From: a virus
Virus record (IMG/VR): IMGVR_UViG_3300003323_000790
Span: 1-64,000 of that record
Reading direction: 5' to 3' (one strand)
Length of the DNA stretch: 64,000 bases
Shown here: one piece after another, positions 53,838 to 63,593 of the stretch
Layout of the letters: each line of letters opens with the position of its first letter
How positions within the stretch are numbered: the first letter of the stretch is position 1
Position numbers and translations under genes: made by a program
Notes under the pieces: model-generated
The model's database searches: none
What the model saw: only the letters and a program-made list of their open reading frames with translations
What the model was told of the DNA's origin: nothing

Positions 53838-56800
53838 TCAGTTTTTAGAGTTGTTGCTGCGCGCGACGCGCTGAGCTCTGCGCTGCTCGTCCAAGTCCGC
53901 GGCCGCCAGCTCTTCTTCTCGTTCGGCGATTGCTGCGCGCTGTGCGTTAGCTGCTTGCGCTTCCCGTACGAGGCTTTCCAACAACTGCCGCGCGACAGGG
54001 TCATAGCTTGCTTGTGGGCCCCGGGCAAACATGCCAGCGGTTTGCGCGGCTGGGTAGACTTGCGCTGGGTGCGTAAAGTCGACCAGTTCTGGCCCCCGCT
54101 CGCCGACCAAACTGACACCGTAAGCCATGCCGCCTTTGGCGTGACTATGCTTGGAGAGGTACTCATCGGACTTGTAAAAGTCCGAAGCAATCGTATCTAG
54201 GCTAACCCCCTTGTTGTAGGCCTCTATCCAGTTGGCCAGGCCTGGCGCATCCGGCTCCCGCTCCAAAATATTCCTATAGAACGAAGTGATCGCCAACTCA
54301 ATAGCGCTGTGACTTGCCTGGCTCGGGTCTCCGGACGGAGTCTTGATGTCTTTCGTGGAATTAAGCGTAGCAATAGCCTGGCCCAGGGCCTTAACAGCGT
54401 CCGCCACGGCTTGCAGTCCACTAGCCGTAGTGGACGTCTGCAGACCCAAAGCATCCAGTTGCGCCTTCGCAGTGGCCAGAATGTCTTTTTGCACACTGAT
54501 CTGGCTGCGAGTCGAGGTCGCCAGCTTAGTGATGTCGTTTTGTACTCTTGTGGCATCCGCAGCGTAAGTCGGGTTGCTGGCGTTATACGCACGGCTGGCC
54601 TTAAGGTAATCCTGAGCCACCGAGCTTAAATTGCCTTGGGCAGTCTCGTCGCCGGCTATCGCCTTGGCCACGGTATCTTCATACGTCACCTTAGCCTTAG
54701 CCAGCTTTTGCTCTGGCGTAAGGGTGCTGAGGTCGCCTTGGTTCAGCGTCTGCTGCAGGTTGTCAAGGCTGTCAGCGAACTTAGTTAAAGCGTCCACAGC
54801 CGACTGCGACTTGGTCACCAAGTCTTGGTAGGCGTCCGTCACACCTTTTGACGCCTGTGCCACGTACAGCTCTTTGTTCAGTGCGGCGAGCGCCGGCGTC
54901 AGGCCTTGCAGCTGCAGGGTCTGAATTGCGATTTGTGCGGCAGCCTTGCCGGCCGAGTTCCCCAAGGCTTCACTGATCTGACTTTGCAGCTGCAGCTCAG
55001 AGAGCATATCCTGAGTGCGCTGCTGGTTGGCTTGCTGACTAGCTTGCGCCGCCCAAGTGGCTTTCGTCGCCTCGGCCAGCGCTGCGCTCATGTCTTTCAG
55101 GGCGAGCTGGTGCTGCTGCTCCAGCACAGCGGCGGCAGCTGCCTTGTCTCCGGTGATTTCGTAGAGTTGGGCCTGCTGCTCCAAAATCGCCTTCTGCTCG
55201 TCTAACGCTTCTTTCTTTGCAGCTTCGGCCTTTTGTGCGTCCCACACAGCTTGGGTAGCAGCCGCCAGCTCGACGCTCATGTTTTGGAGGGCAAGTTGAT
55301 GTTGCTGCTCCAATACGGCCGCCGCGGCTGTCTTGTTCCCGGTGATTTCGTAGAGTTGCGCTTGCTGATCAAGGATAGATTTTTGGTCTTCCCGCGCAGC
55401 GGTGGCCTTCTGCGCACCCCACACAGCTTGGGTGGCAGCAGCCAATTCGGCGCTCATACCCTTCAAGGCGAGCTGGTGCTGCTGCTCCAGTACTGCGGCC
55501 GCTGCAGCTTTGTCTCCCGTCAGCTCATAGAGCTGGGCCTGCTGAGACAAGATGTTAGCAGTCTCTGCAGCCTTATCTACAGCCGGCGTAACTTGCGCAA
55601 ATGCCGCCTGCAGGTCCATCAGAGAGTTGAAGGTGCTCACTTGGGCGGCATCCGTCAAATCCAGCCCACTGACCAGCGCTTTAAACTCCTCGCGGGTAGT
55701 CGGGACCTTTACGTTCAACTTCGCAAATTCGGCGTTCAGTGCGGCTATAACCGGCGCATTCTGCTCCTGCGTCGTCAGGTAATTCTGCGAGTAGCTGGTG
55801 AGCTTACTCGACAGGGCATCAATGCCGCCCGACATATTAATGAATTGCTCCCGCGCGGTGAGCGAGGCGATGCCGATGGCGCCAAAAGCTTGCACACCCG
55901 TCTTGCCCAGCAGCTGCGCAATGGTGTCAGTAGATTTATAGTCGCCTGCCAAGCGCTGCAGCGTAGCGCTGGCAGCCTCGCCAACTTTACTAAAGCTGGC
56001 GATGCTCGGCAGCAACTTGGTCGATAGCTCATCCCCCACCTGCGCAAAGAACGCTGTGATGGCGTCGGTATTTTTCGTCTGGTCCGAGCCCAAGGAGATG
56101 TCGAACGCCTTGGTGTAGTCCTTCAGTACATCCGTAGACAGGCCCAGCACTGCCGCATAGCCAGCCGCCGCGACTTTCACTTGCGTGAAGCCGGACACCA
56201 GCGAATTGCTGAAGTCGCTCGGCAGTGCGGCGGTATTGGTGTAGCGCTTGTCGCTGCGGAACCAGCCACCCTTTTCCAAGATGTTGGCATACGACTCGCC
56301 ACCGGCGATGCCGGTATCCGAGATCGTGCCGCGTACACCTTGGCTCGTCACTACCGGGTCGGCGCGACCGAACAACTTGGTGTTAATGGCCGCGCCGGAC
56401 AGAATATTGGCCAAGGTGCTGCCTACGCCCAGCTTGCTCAGCGAGCTGTAGACAAGATTCGTGGGCGCGGAGATCGCCTTGAAAATCGGATTGGTAATGG
56501 TGCCGTTGTTCGGGGTGAACCCCTGCTTCATGAAGCTGTTGGCCGCCTCCATACCTGCGATGATCCACCCCACAATCGGGATCGCCTTGGCCGCACCAGC
56601 GCCATAGCTCGCGGCCGCTGAGCCGGCATAGCCGCTAGACGCAGATGCAGTACCGGCACCCAAGGCGCCGCCTTGCATGCCTGCGCCAAAAGCGGATAAG
56701 GCCTCCGAGCCAAACAGTGAGCCGGCCGACGAGATCGAAGAGGCCAGGCTGCCAGTGATGCCGGAGGTCAGACCGCCATAAATTGCCTTACCGATCGTGA

Positions 56801-59800
56801 AGAGGTTGCTGGCGCCTCCTAGAATACTGGCCATGGTCGAGCTGCCGCCGGCTGCGCCAGTACTTTCCGACGAGCCACCCAACAGTGTGGACAGGGCGCT
56901 GCCGCCGCTCGTGATAGAGCTCAGTGCGCCAGTCACATTGGTGCTGATCTCGATGATCCATTTTTTGATGGTCAGCTGGTACAGCATGTCAAGGATCGAG
57001 GTCTTGATGGCCTCTTTGATCTTTTTCATCGTGTCTACACCGGACTTACCCCAGCTCACAAACGCGTCGTGTGCTGATTGGTCGACAGTTTTCCAAATCG
57101 ATTTCCAGGTATCCCCGAAAGGCTTAGTGGCCTTTTCCAGCGTATTGACTTGCTGCTGGTATTTCTTGTTAATCTCTTCGAACGCTTTCGCCAGCTCTGG
57201 GTTGTTGCTAGTCTCGGCGATCGCCTTGAGCTGGGCCCACAGCTCCTTGGTCGTCGGAAGCAACTTACGTTGGATACTTTCCGCAGCGTCTGAAACACCC
57301 AACATGCCGGCAAGGCCACCTTCCTCAGTACCCTTGGCCTGTGCCTCCTGCACCGCCCCCTGGATCGAATTGATCAAGGTGTCGAACTGAGTCTTCAGTT
57401 GCGCGAACAAGGCCGTATCGACGCCGGCCGAGCGGCGCTGGCTGATGGCGTTGAGTGCCGTGTTCAACTTGCCCAGCTTCTCCAGCAAGTCGTCCACGTT
57501 GGACGTGTCGCCGCTCTCCAGCGCTTTCGTGATGTCGCTTTCCAAGGCCTTGATATTCGACTGCAGGCCACTGACGGTCTGCGAGGTGTCGGCCTCGAAC
57601 TTGAGCAAGTAGGCGTCCACCAGCTGGCCTCGCGCTTGCAGGGCGTCCGCCTGGCGCGTCAGGTTTTCCTTGTCCAGCTGAGTGAAATAGGCCTGTTCAG
57701 CCGCTGCCTGTTGGATCAGCAGCTGTTTGCCCTTCTCGATAGCGTCGTTTGCTTGGTTGGTGTACTTCTGCTCGGCACCACGTTTCTTGTCGGCGGCCGA
57801 CATCAGCGCCGCCTCGCTCATTGCGGTGTCGTAGGCGACGGTCAGGCTCTGCCGCTCCAAGGTGGTCTTTTGCCGTAGGTATTCCAGCTCACCTACGCGA
57901 CCGGCGGCACGGGCAGCGTCCAGCTCCAGCGTTTTGGTGCGCTGCTGGATATCGAACAGCTGCTTGGCCCCCTGCAACTGCTGCACCTGCGCGTTCAGCT
58001 CGTCATTGGTGGCTGTCTTCGGGCGATCTTGCAGCGAGGCGTTGTAGTCGCGACGCGTCTCAGTGTACGCGGCCAAGGCTTGCGTGTAGGTCAGGCTATT
58101 GGACTTGAACTTCTCCAGGATATCGAGGGCTTCAGCCGCCTTGCCGCGCGCGGCCTCGTTCGACTGGTCTTCAACAGCCACGTCTTTGCCGCCGATGGTC
58201 TTGATGACCTCCGACTTCTTGGCCAGGTCTTCCAGCTGCTTGATCAGTGCAGCGCGGTCGTTCAGCGTTTTCTGCTCGGCATTGAGCCCCTTGTTCGCGG
58301 TTTCCGCCGCAGACAACTTGTAGTAGTTGGCCTGTGCCTCTTCCGCCTGCTTACTCAAGTTGGCGTAGTTCGCCAGCATCTCCTTGGTAGGGGACATGGC
58401 GTTATCGACCGTCTTCTTCGCAGCGGCGGCAGCCGCGTTCAGACGATTCATCGCCTCCGCAGCTGCTTGCAGGGTGGTCGGCGCCGCCGGTTGGTCGCCT
58501 TTGTCGCCCTCCAGGCGCAGCTTTTCCCGGATCAGTTCGATCCGCTTCTCCAGTGACTTGTTCTCTGAATCGAGCATATCGATTCGGGTGCGCGTGCTGT
58601 TCTGGATCTTCTGGTTGGCCTGCTCTTGCTTATCGATCTCAGCGTTGTAGAGCTGATACGCAAGTGTGAGACCGCCGATCAGCAGCGCCAGCGGGCCGAG
58701 CACACCCATCGCCAGGCGGGTGGCGGTGGTGAAGGTGATGGTCGCTGCTTCCGCGCCGGCCAGGGCCGTGGTGTAGAGCGTCGTGGCGCCGGTCCAGGCC
58801 TTCATGCCCAAGGTCACGGTCGACACGGCTGCCACCAGCACGCCGATCTCCTTGGCGCTGCTGACGGCACCTTGCGCCAGCGATACCGTGCCGGCGGCCA
58901 GATTGGTCAGGATGCGCGTTGCGCCCTCGCTACGCGCAACCTGCGCCAGCCCGTCCACGAGCGCCTGCAGGGCCGGCTGCGATTGCGAGAACGCACGGAT
59001 GAACGTCTCGTCCATCGAGTTCTTCAGGCGCTTGAACGCGCCTTCCGTAGAGTCGCCCAGCGTGGTCACCGCGTCCGACATGAAGCCGGTCGCGTCGCGC
59101 GCTTCTTGGATCTTTTTCTCGTAATCGTCGAGATACTGCAGCAGCGTCGATACGGCCTTGGCGCCGCGGTTATTGGTGATGTCGCCGATGTAGTTGGCCT
59201 GCGCCGACTCGTTGTATTTGGACAACGCGTTGCGCAGCTCGGCCAGCAGCACGGAAGAGTTCTTCAGTGAGCCGTCTACATTCTTGGCGGACACACCCAG
59301 CTCGTCCAGCGCTTTGGTCGCCTGCTTGGTCGGCGCGTACAGGCTGGTCAGCAGGTTGCTGTAAGCCGTACCGGCTTGGCTGCCGACAATGTTGATCTTG
59401 GCCAAGGTGCCCAGCGCGGCACTAGTTTCTTCGATTGACACGCCGTAGAGCGAAGCCGCAATCGAACCCTGCTTGAGCGATTCGGTCATCGCGGCGACGC
59501 TGGTGTTCGACGACGCGGCCGTCTTGGCCAGGATGTCACCGACGCGCTCGATGTCGCCGATCTGCAGGCCGAAGGCCGACAGCGCGCCGGTGGCAGCCAA
59601 GGCCGCCTGCTCGACGCCCATCTCGCCGATGGTGGCCAGATTCAGCACGGCCGGCAGCACGGCGAGCGAGTCCTTCACGCTCAGGCCGTTCTGCGCCAGC
59701 GCGCGCATACCCTCAGCAGCATCCTTGATACCAACGACGGTGCCGCCTGAAATGGCGAGGAAGTTGTCCAACGGCACAGCCTCTTGGCTCAGCGCCTGCA

Positions 59801-60809
59801 CGAACTTGAGCTGGTACTCGACTTCTTTGCCGACGGTCACCACATTCTTGAGGGACGCGGCCAGCGCGGCGCCAGCCGCCAGCGGGATCAGGCTGCCGTA
59901 GGTCAGCCACAGGCCGCCCAAGGAGCCCGCCAAGCCGCGCGCCAGTGCGTGGCCTTCGGCCATTGCTTCGTTGTGCGCGGCGATCGCCGCCGTGCTGGAG
60001 GCGGCCGCCGGCGGCATGGCAGCCAGTTGGCGCCGCAGCTCTGCCAGGTTGGCGCCGGCGGCGGCGCTGCCGTAGCGCTCCGATGCGTTGCCGCCGAGGC
60101 TGCCATAGACGGCCGCCTTCTCGGCCGTGGCGATTTGGCTGGCCAGGCTGGAGGTGGTGAAGTTGGTGTTGAGCACGCGCTGCTTTTCAGCGGCAGCGGC
60201 CTTCTTGGCTTCCAGATCGAGCGTATTCTGCCAAGAGGCGGCAGCCGCTGCTTCTTCCAGTGCGCGCCGCTTGCGAAGCTCGGCTTCCAAGGTAGCGGTC
60301 TTCTTGGCTTCGAAGCTGAGCAAGGTTTGCCACGAGGCTGCAGCGGCGGCCTCGCTGATAGCAGCAGCGCGGTCATAGCTGGCTTGCAGCGCGGCGGCGC
60401 GCTTGTTCTCAGCCGCCATCTCGGCTTCCAGCTCCTTCATAGCCGTGGCGGTTGCTTTATTGATCCGGGCCGAGGCAGCGGCCTCCTGCGCTGCCTCGGC
60501 GGCGGCGTAGAACTTGTTGCGGTCAAACAGCATCTTGTCGAGACCCTTCTCGACAGCGGAAGCTTCTTCGGCTGCGGCGGCTTTGGCGCTGGCTACGCGC
60601 CGGCCCTGGGCGGCCGTCTGGACGGAAAGGATCTCGGTGAGAGAGGTGGAAATGGTCTTGACCATCGCCTCCATTTGCTGGGTGAGCGAGGCCAGCGCGG
60701 TCTCGCGCGCGGCAAGCTTGTCGAACGACGAGGCGACCCGATCGATGGCATCTGCCATTCGCTTTAGGTCGTCTGCGCCGCTGGCATTGATGCTGTTGTT
60801 CTCGTCCAT
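53838..60809 (-). CDS. tape measure protein
   Basis: 2323 aa, Ala-rich helical, TP901-type core (AASSNTSV...GSQAGTA), after tail chaperones. Confidence 0.92.
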   Translation of the reverse strand: MDENNSINASGADDLKRMADAIDRVASSFDKLAARETALASLTQQMEAMVKTISTSLTEILSVQTAAQGRRVASAKAAAAEEASAVEKGLDKMLFDRNKFYAAAEAAQEAAASARINKATATAMKELEAEMAAENKRAAALQASYDRAAAISEAAAAASWQTLLSFEAKKTATLEAELRKRRALEEAAAAASWQNTLDLEAKKAAAAEKQRVLNTNFTTSSLASQIATAEKAAVYGSLGGNASERYGSAAAGANLAELRRQLAAMPPAAASSTAAIAAHNEAMAEGHALARGLAGSLGGLWLTYGSLIPLAAGAALAASLKNVVTVGKEVEYQLKFVQALSQEAVPLDNFLAISGGTVVGIKDAAEGMRALAQNGLSVKDSLAVLPAVLNLATIGEMGVEQAALAATGALSAFGLQIGDIERVGDILAKTAASSNTSVAAMTESLKQGSIAASLYGVSIEETSAALGTLAKINIVGSQAGTAYSNLLTSLYAPTKQATKALDELGVSAKNVDGSLKNSSVLLAELRNALSKYNESAQANYIGDITNNRGAKAVSTLLQYLDDYEKKIQEARDATGFMSDAVTTLGDSTEGAFKRLKNSMDETFIRAFSQSQPALQALVDGLAQVARSEGATRILTNLAAGTVSLAQGAVSSAKEIGVLVAAVSTVTLGMKAWTGATTLYTTALAGAEAATITFTTATRLAMGVLGPLALLIGGLTLAYQLYNAEIDKQEQANQKIQNSTRTRIDMLDSENKSLEKRIELIREKLRLEGDKGDQPAAPTTLQAAAEAMNRLNAAAAAAKKTVDNAMSPTKEMLANYANLSKQAEEAQANYYKLSAAETANKGLNAEQKTLNDRAALIKQLEDLAKKSEVIKTIGGKDVAVEDQSNEAARGKAAEALDILEKFKSNSLTYTQALAAYTETRRDYNASLQDRPKTATNDELNAQVQQLQGAKQLFDIQQRTKTLELDAARAAGRVGELEYLRQKTTLERQSLTVAYDTAMSEAALMSAADKKRGAEQKYTNQANDAIEKGKQLLIQQAAAEQAYFTQLDKENLTRQADALQARGQLVDAYLLKFEADTSQTVSGLQSNIKALESDITKALESGDTSNVDDLLEKLGKLNTALNAISQRRSAGVDTALFAQLKTQFDTLINSIQGAVQEAQAKGTEEGGLAGMLGVSDAAESIQRKLLPTTKELWAQLKAIAETSNNPELAKAFEEINKKYQQQVNTLEKATKPFGDTWKSIWKTVDQSAHDAFVSWGKSGVDTMKKIKEAIKTSILDMLYQLTIKKWIIEISTNVTGALSSITSGGSALSTLLGGSSESTGAAGGSSTMASILGGASNLFTIGKAIYGGLTSGITGSLASSISSAGSLFGSEALSAFGAGMQGGALGAGTASASSGYAGSAAASYGAGAAKAIPIVGWIIAGMEAANSFMKQGFTPNNGTITNPIFKAISAPTNLVYSSLSKLGVGSTLANILSGAAINTKLFGRADPVVTSQGVRGTISDTGIAGGESYANILEKGGWFRSDKRYTNTAALPSDFSNSLVSGFTQVKVAAAGYAAVLGLSTDVLKDYTKAFDISLGSDQTKNTDAITAFFAQVGDELSTKLLPSIASFSKVGEAASATLQRLAGDYKSTDTIAQLLGKTGVQAFGAIGIASLTAREQFINMSGGIDALSSKLTSYSQNYLTTQEQNAPVIAALNAEFAKLNVKVPTTREEFKALVSGLDLTDAAQVSTFNSLMDLQAAFAQVTPAVDKAAETANILSQQAQLYELTGDKAAAAAVLEQQHQLALKGMSAELAAATQAVWGAQKATAAREDQKSILDQQAQLYEITGNKTAAAAVLEQQHQLALQNMSVELAAATQAVWDAQKAEAAKKEALDEQKAILEQQAQLYEITGDKAAAAAVLEQQHQLALKDMSAALAEATKATWAAQASQQANQQRTQDMLSELQLQSQISEALGNSAGKAAAQIAIQTLQLQGLTPALAALNKELYVAQASKGVTDAYQDLVTKSQSAVDALTKFADSLDNLQQTLNQGDLSTLTPEQKLAKAKVTYEDTVAKAIAGDETAQGNLSSVAQDYLKASRAYNASNPTYAADATRVQNDITKLATSTRSQISVQKDILATAKAQLDALGLQTSTTASGLQAVADAVKALGQAIATLNSTKDIKTPSGDPSQASHSAIELAITSFYRNILEREPDAPGLANWIEAYNKGVSLDTIASDFYKSDEYLSKHSHAKGGMAYGVSLVGERGPELVDFTHPAQVYPAAQTAGMFARGPQASYDPVARQLLESLVREAQAANAQRAAIAEREEELAAADLDEQRRAQRVARSNNSKN
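55043..55560 (-). repeat. three ~60-codon tandem repeats in the tape measure gene
   Basis: ILxQQAQLYEITGDKAAAAAVLEQQHQLALKxMSAELAAATQAVW repeated three times. Confidence 0.85.
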
Positions 60810-60813
60810 AGAA

Positions 60814-60863
60814 GAAGCCCCTCAGTAGATACGGATTATCGCTGAGGGGCTTCCTATTGGCAA
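60814..60863 (-). promoter_or_regulatory. promoter plus RBS-sequestering hairpin for tape measure gene
   Basis: TTGCCA-N17-GATAAT; 12-bp inverted repeat GAAGCCCCTCAG 60814-60825/60842-60853. Confidence 0.6.
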
Positions 60864-60867
60864 CAAC

Positions 60868-61263
60868 TTATGCCTTCATCGTGACGCCGGCGGCCTTACG
60901 CATTTCGTCTAGGCTGCCTGATTTGGCATGCTTGGCCGCGTGGCGCTCCCGGAATACTTGATCCATGTTCTGGACGTACAGCAACAACTCTGCATACTCG
61001 TCCGGATCAAATATCCCAAGGGCCCAGCAATGCGCCTGAACTTCTGAGACAGGGACTGCCAGAGGCTGGCCTTGGTCGAATCGCCGGCTGTGGCTGAGTT
61101 CTCGGTATATCTGCGCAAAGTAGCTTTGCCGGAACGTCAGGACTGGGCGGCGGTCCAGATAGGCTGGCCTGGGAATCCCTGATTTTGCCAGGTATTCTAG
61201 GTCAGCTGCACTGTGCTTTCCGCCCCAGTCAAGTTCCCACTCGATGTGGGCACGGAGTTTTTT
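60868..61263 (-). CDS. tail assembly chaperone -1 frameshift extension (gpGT-like)
   Basis: Slippery A AAA AAC at 61263-61257; -1 frame open for 130 codons (LRAHIEWELDWG...YRELSHSRR...). Confidence 0.8.
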   Translation of the reverse strand, partial: KKLRAHIEWELDWGGKHSAADLEYLAKSGIPRPAYLDRRPVLTFRQSYFAQIYRELSHSRRFDQGQPLAVPVSEVQAHCWALGIFDPDEYAELLLYVQNMDQVFRERHAAKHAKSGSLDEMRKAAGVTMKA

Positions 61264-61697
61264 GCGTTTTCATCCTCCTGCTGAACCAGGAAGCTGCGAT
61301 GGCTTTCTGCGATGCGAGTGATCACCGCGCGGAAGTCTTTGATGGCCAGCAGCTCTTCTGCTGCTTCCGTCGAGTAGGGCAGTGGGTTGCCCTTACGGTC
61401 GGTCATGCCGGCCCAGTTCAGCAGCACGGTCTTGGCCAGCGCGGTACCTACCAGCTTGAAAGCCAGATCGTCGCCAGCCTTGCGCTCTTCCTCGGTTGCG
61501 TCATCCGCTTGACCACGCTTCAGAGTTTCTTCGTTGGCCTTCCACATAGCCGACAGCAGGCGGGAGTAGGCGCGATTGCCGGCGCGCGCGATGGTGCAGG
61601 TGACGCCTGGGCCAAAACCCAGCTCTTTATCGAATACGCGGCCCTTTTCCTCTGCAGTCAGGTCGGTCTCGAAAGCTTTGAAGGGGTTGAAAGACAT
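61197..61697 (-). CDS. tail assembly chaperone (gpG-like)
   Basis: Between tail tube and tape measure; IARAGN...LLNW.G...YS; AGGAG SD; TTGACA-N17-TATTCT promoter at 61755-61727. Confidence 0.85.
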   Translation of the reverse strand: MSFNPFKAFETDLTAEEKGRVFDKELGFGPGVTCTIARAGNRAYSRLLSAMWKANEETLKRGQADDATEEERKAGDDLAFKLVGTALAKTVLLNWAGMTDRKGNPLPYSTEAAEELLAIKDFRAVITRIAESHRSFLVQQEDENAKNSVPTSSGNLTGAESTVQLT

Positions 61698-61819
61698 TGA
61701 AATTCTCCTAGGAAATGTGTCCTCTGAGAATATCATTCTTTTCTGAAAGTGTCAAAAAGAAGTGCCGACGGGACATCCACACCGCCAGCACCTAAACCCT
61801 AGAAGCTCAGCATACGACT

Positions 61820-61853
61820 AAAATAAAAAAGGCGCAACCTGAAAGGTTGCGCC
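61820..61853 (-). terminator. intrinsic terminator after tail tube gene
   Basis: GGCGCAACCT/AGGTTGCGCC stem followed by TTTTTTATTTT. Confidence 0.85.
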
Positions 61854-61868
61854 AAACCCACGACAGAA

Positions 61869-63107
61869 TTAGAACAGGTTAGGCACCGCAACGCCGACGC
61901 GATCGATGAACAGCGTCTGGCGCAAGGTTGCGTCAGCATTGCCCATGTCGCCGTAGGCTTCGTATTCAAACGATAGCATCATGTCGCCGTCCTTGGCTTC
62001 CGCGTTCACCTTGCCCGAGGTCAGGTTGACGCGTGGCAGGCTGAATACATAGCCGTTGCCTGCGGTGTCCTGCACCGACAGAACCACCGAGGTGTAAGCG
62101 TCCGAAATGAACTTGGTGTAGATCGCGGCGTCGGCGAAGTAGACTTCCATCGAACCCTTCACCATGAAGGTGCCCACGCCGATACCTGCGTAGCCCAGCG
62201 TACCGATCGCCTCTTGACCACGCAGGCTATTGTCGATGTCCAAGGTCATCGACTTGATCGCCGTGCCGGTGATCGGCGCACCACCTTCCCACACCTGAGC
62301 CACGCCCGACACCGCGTTGGTGATGTCGTAGGGCTTCGAGGCGACGGTCGTGCCTGGCATCGAGGTGACCGTGGTCGGCGCGCCCGACGACTTGCCCATG
62401 AACGAGAAGGTCGCTTCCACCAGTGAGCCCGAGGCAAACGAAGTCGAGAATTTCGACACGGCCATACCAGTGAAGGTGAAGAACTGGCCGACGTCGGCTG
62501 CGGCACGCTCGAAGGAGAACGTCGGCATCGTCACGCCGTTCGACAGGCGGCTGGACTGGATAGCGCAGTTGGCCACGGCCGAAGCGACAGCTGCCGGCGT
62601 GCCTGCGTCCAGGGTGATCACCGTCGCGGTTGGTGCCGTAACCGTCGAGACGCGCAGCAGTCGGCCATTGTTCGCGTTGCTCGGCGCCAGCAGGCGGAAC
62701 CACTGGCCTTTTTTCAGGTTGGTGAACGCATTAGCTCCGGTGGTGGCCACCGAAGCGGTGATGGTGGTGGCGGTGAAGTCCGCAGTGAAGGTCGTGCCGA
62801 CACCATTGGTGCCGAACATGACCCAGTCGTTCTGCATCAGGCCGGCGAGCAGCGGATCGTATTCGGCGTACTGCATGTGGACTTTCAGATCACCGGCGGC
62901 GTTCGCGCTGACCGTGGTGGTGGACGACAGCTGGCGGTCCGAGCGGATCTCTTTGTCGGCCTGCTTGGTCAGGTTCCAGTTGAAGGTCTCGCCGGTCATG
63001 CGCAAATATGCGCCGTTGCCCGAGGTAGGCAACACACCGAAGTCGCTTTCCTTGATGTAGGTTAGCTGGGCACGGTTGGTCGAGGAAAAGTGGTTAGCAG
63101 CGGTCAT
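61869..63107 (-). CDS. major tail tube protein
   Basis: YIKESDFG...LRMTGET...EIRSDRQ; GSMEVYF; position and own terminator. Confidence 0.85.
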   Translation of the reverse strand: MTAANHFSSTNRAQLTYIKESDFGVLPTSGNGAYLRMTGETFNWNLTKQADKEIRSDRQLSSTTTVSANAAGDLKVHMQYAEYDPLLAGLMQNDWVMFGTNGVGTTFTADFTATTITASVATTGANAFTNLKKGQWFRLLAPSNANNGRLLRVSTVTAPTATVITLDAGTPAAVASAVANCAIQSSRLSNGVTMPTFSFERAAADVGQFFTFTGMAVSKFSTSFASGSLVEATFSFMGKSSGAPTTVTSMPGTTVASKPYDITNAVSGVAQVWEGGAPITGTAIKSMTLDIDNSLRGQEAIGTLGYAGIGVGTFMVKGSMEVYFADAAIYTKFISDAYTSVVLSVQDTAGNGYVFSLPRVNLTSGKVNAEAKDGDMMLSFEYEAYGDMGNADATLRQTLFIDRVGVAVPNLF

Positions 63108-63176
63108 GGCAGCCTCTCTGGTTGAATTTCAGCAAGTTTAGCAGCGAAATTGTGACAGTTGGGCAAAAAGTATGAC

Positions 63177-63593
63177 CTACTCCCAAATATAGTAGAACGG
63201 AATGATTAACGGCTGGTAATACCACTCCTTCTCCTTGCGTGGCTTCTGCAGGGAAATGGCAAAGCAACGCACCGTAGCAAAATCCTTCATGCTGAAATAT
63301 GGTGCGATGAAGTCCAGCAGATCTTCGATGTCACCGGTGCCCTTGCCTTGCTTGGCGGCGATCGCAAGTTGGATTTGTCCGTACTGGCGTGTGCGCGGCG
63401 CAGCGCCAAGGTCGAGCTGCTCCCCGGATAAGTTGATGATCGAGGCGCAGATAAATGGATTCGTTTGACTGGCCAGGTCGACAATGTCCCGGTTGTCGGT
63501 CTCGATCAGCAAGGTGTAGTTTGTCCAGTCTGCCTTGACCTGTGCGAACACTGCGCGGATCTCGCCGGCGGCGGCGGAAAAAGGTGTGCTCAT
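63177..63593 (-). CDS. tail terminator-like protein
   Basis: 138 aa directly upstream of tail tube gene. Confidence 0.65.
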   Translation of the reverse strand: MSTPFSAAAGEIRAVFAQVKADWTNYTLLIETDNRDIVDLASQTNPFICASIINLSGEQLDLGAAPRTRQYGQIQLAIAAKQGKGTGDIEDLLDFIAPYFSMKDFATVRCFAISLQKPRKEKEWYYQPLIIPFYYIWE

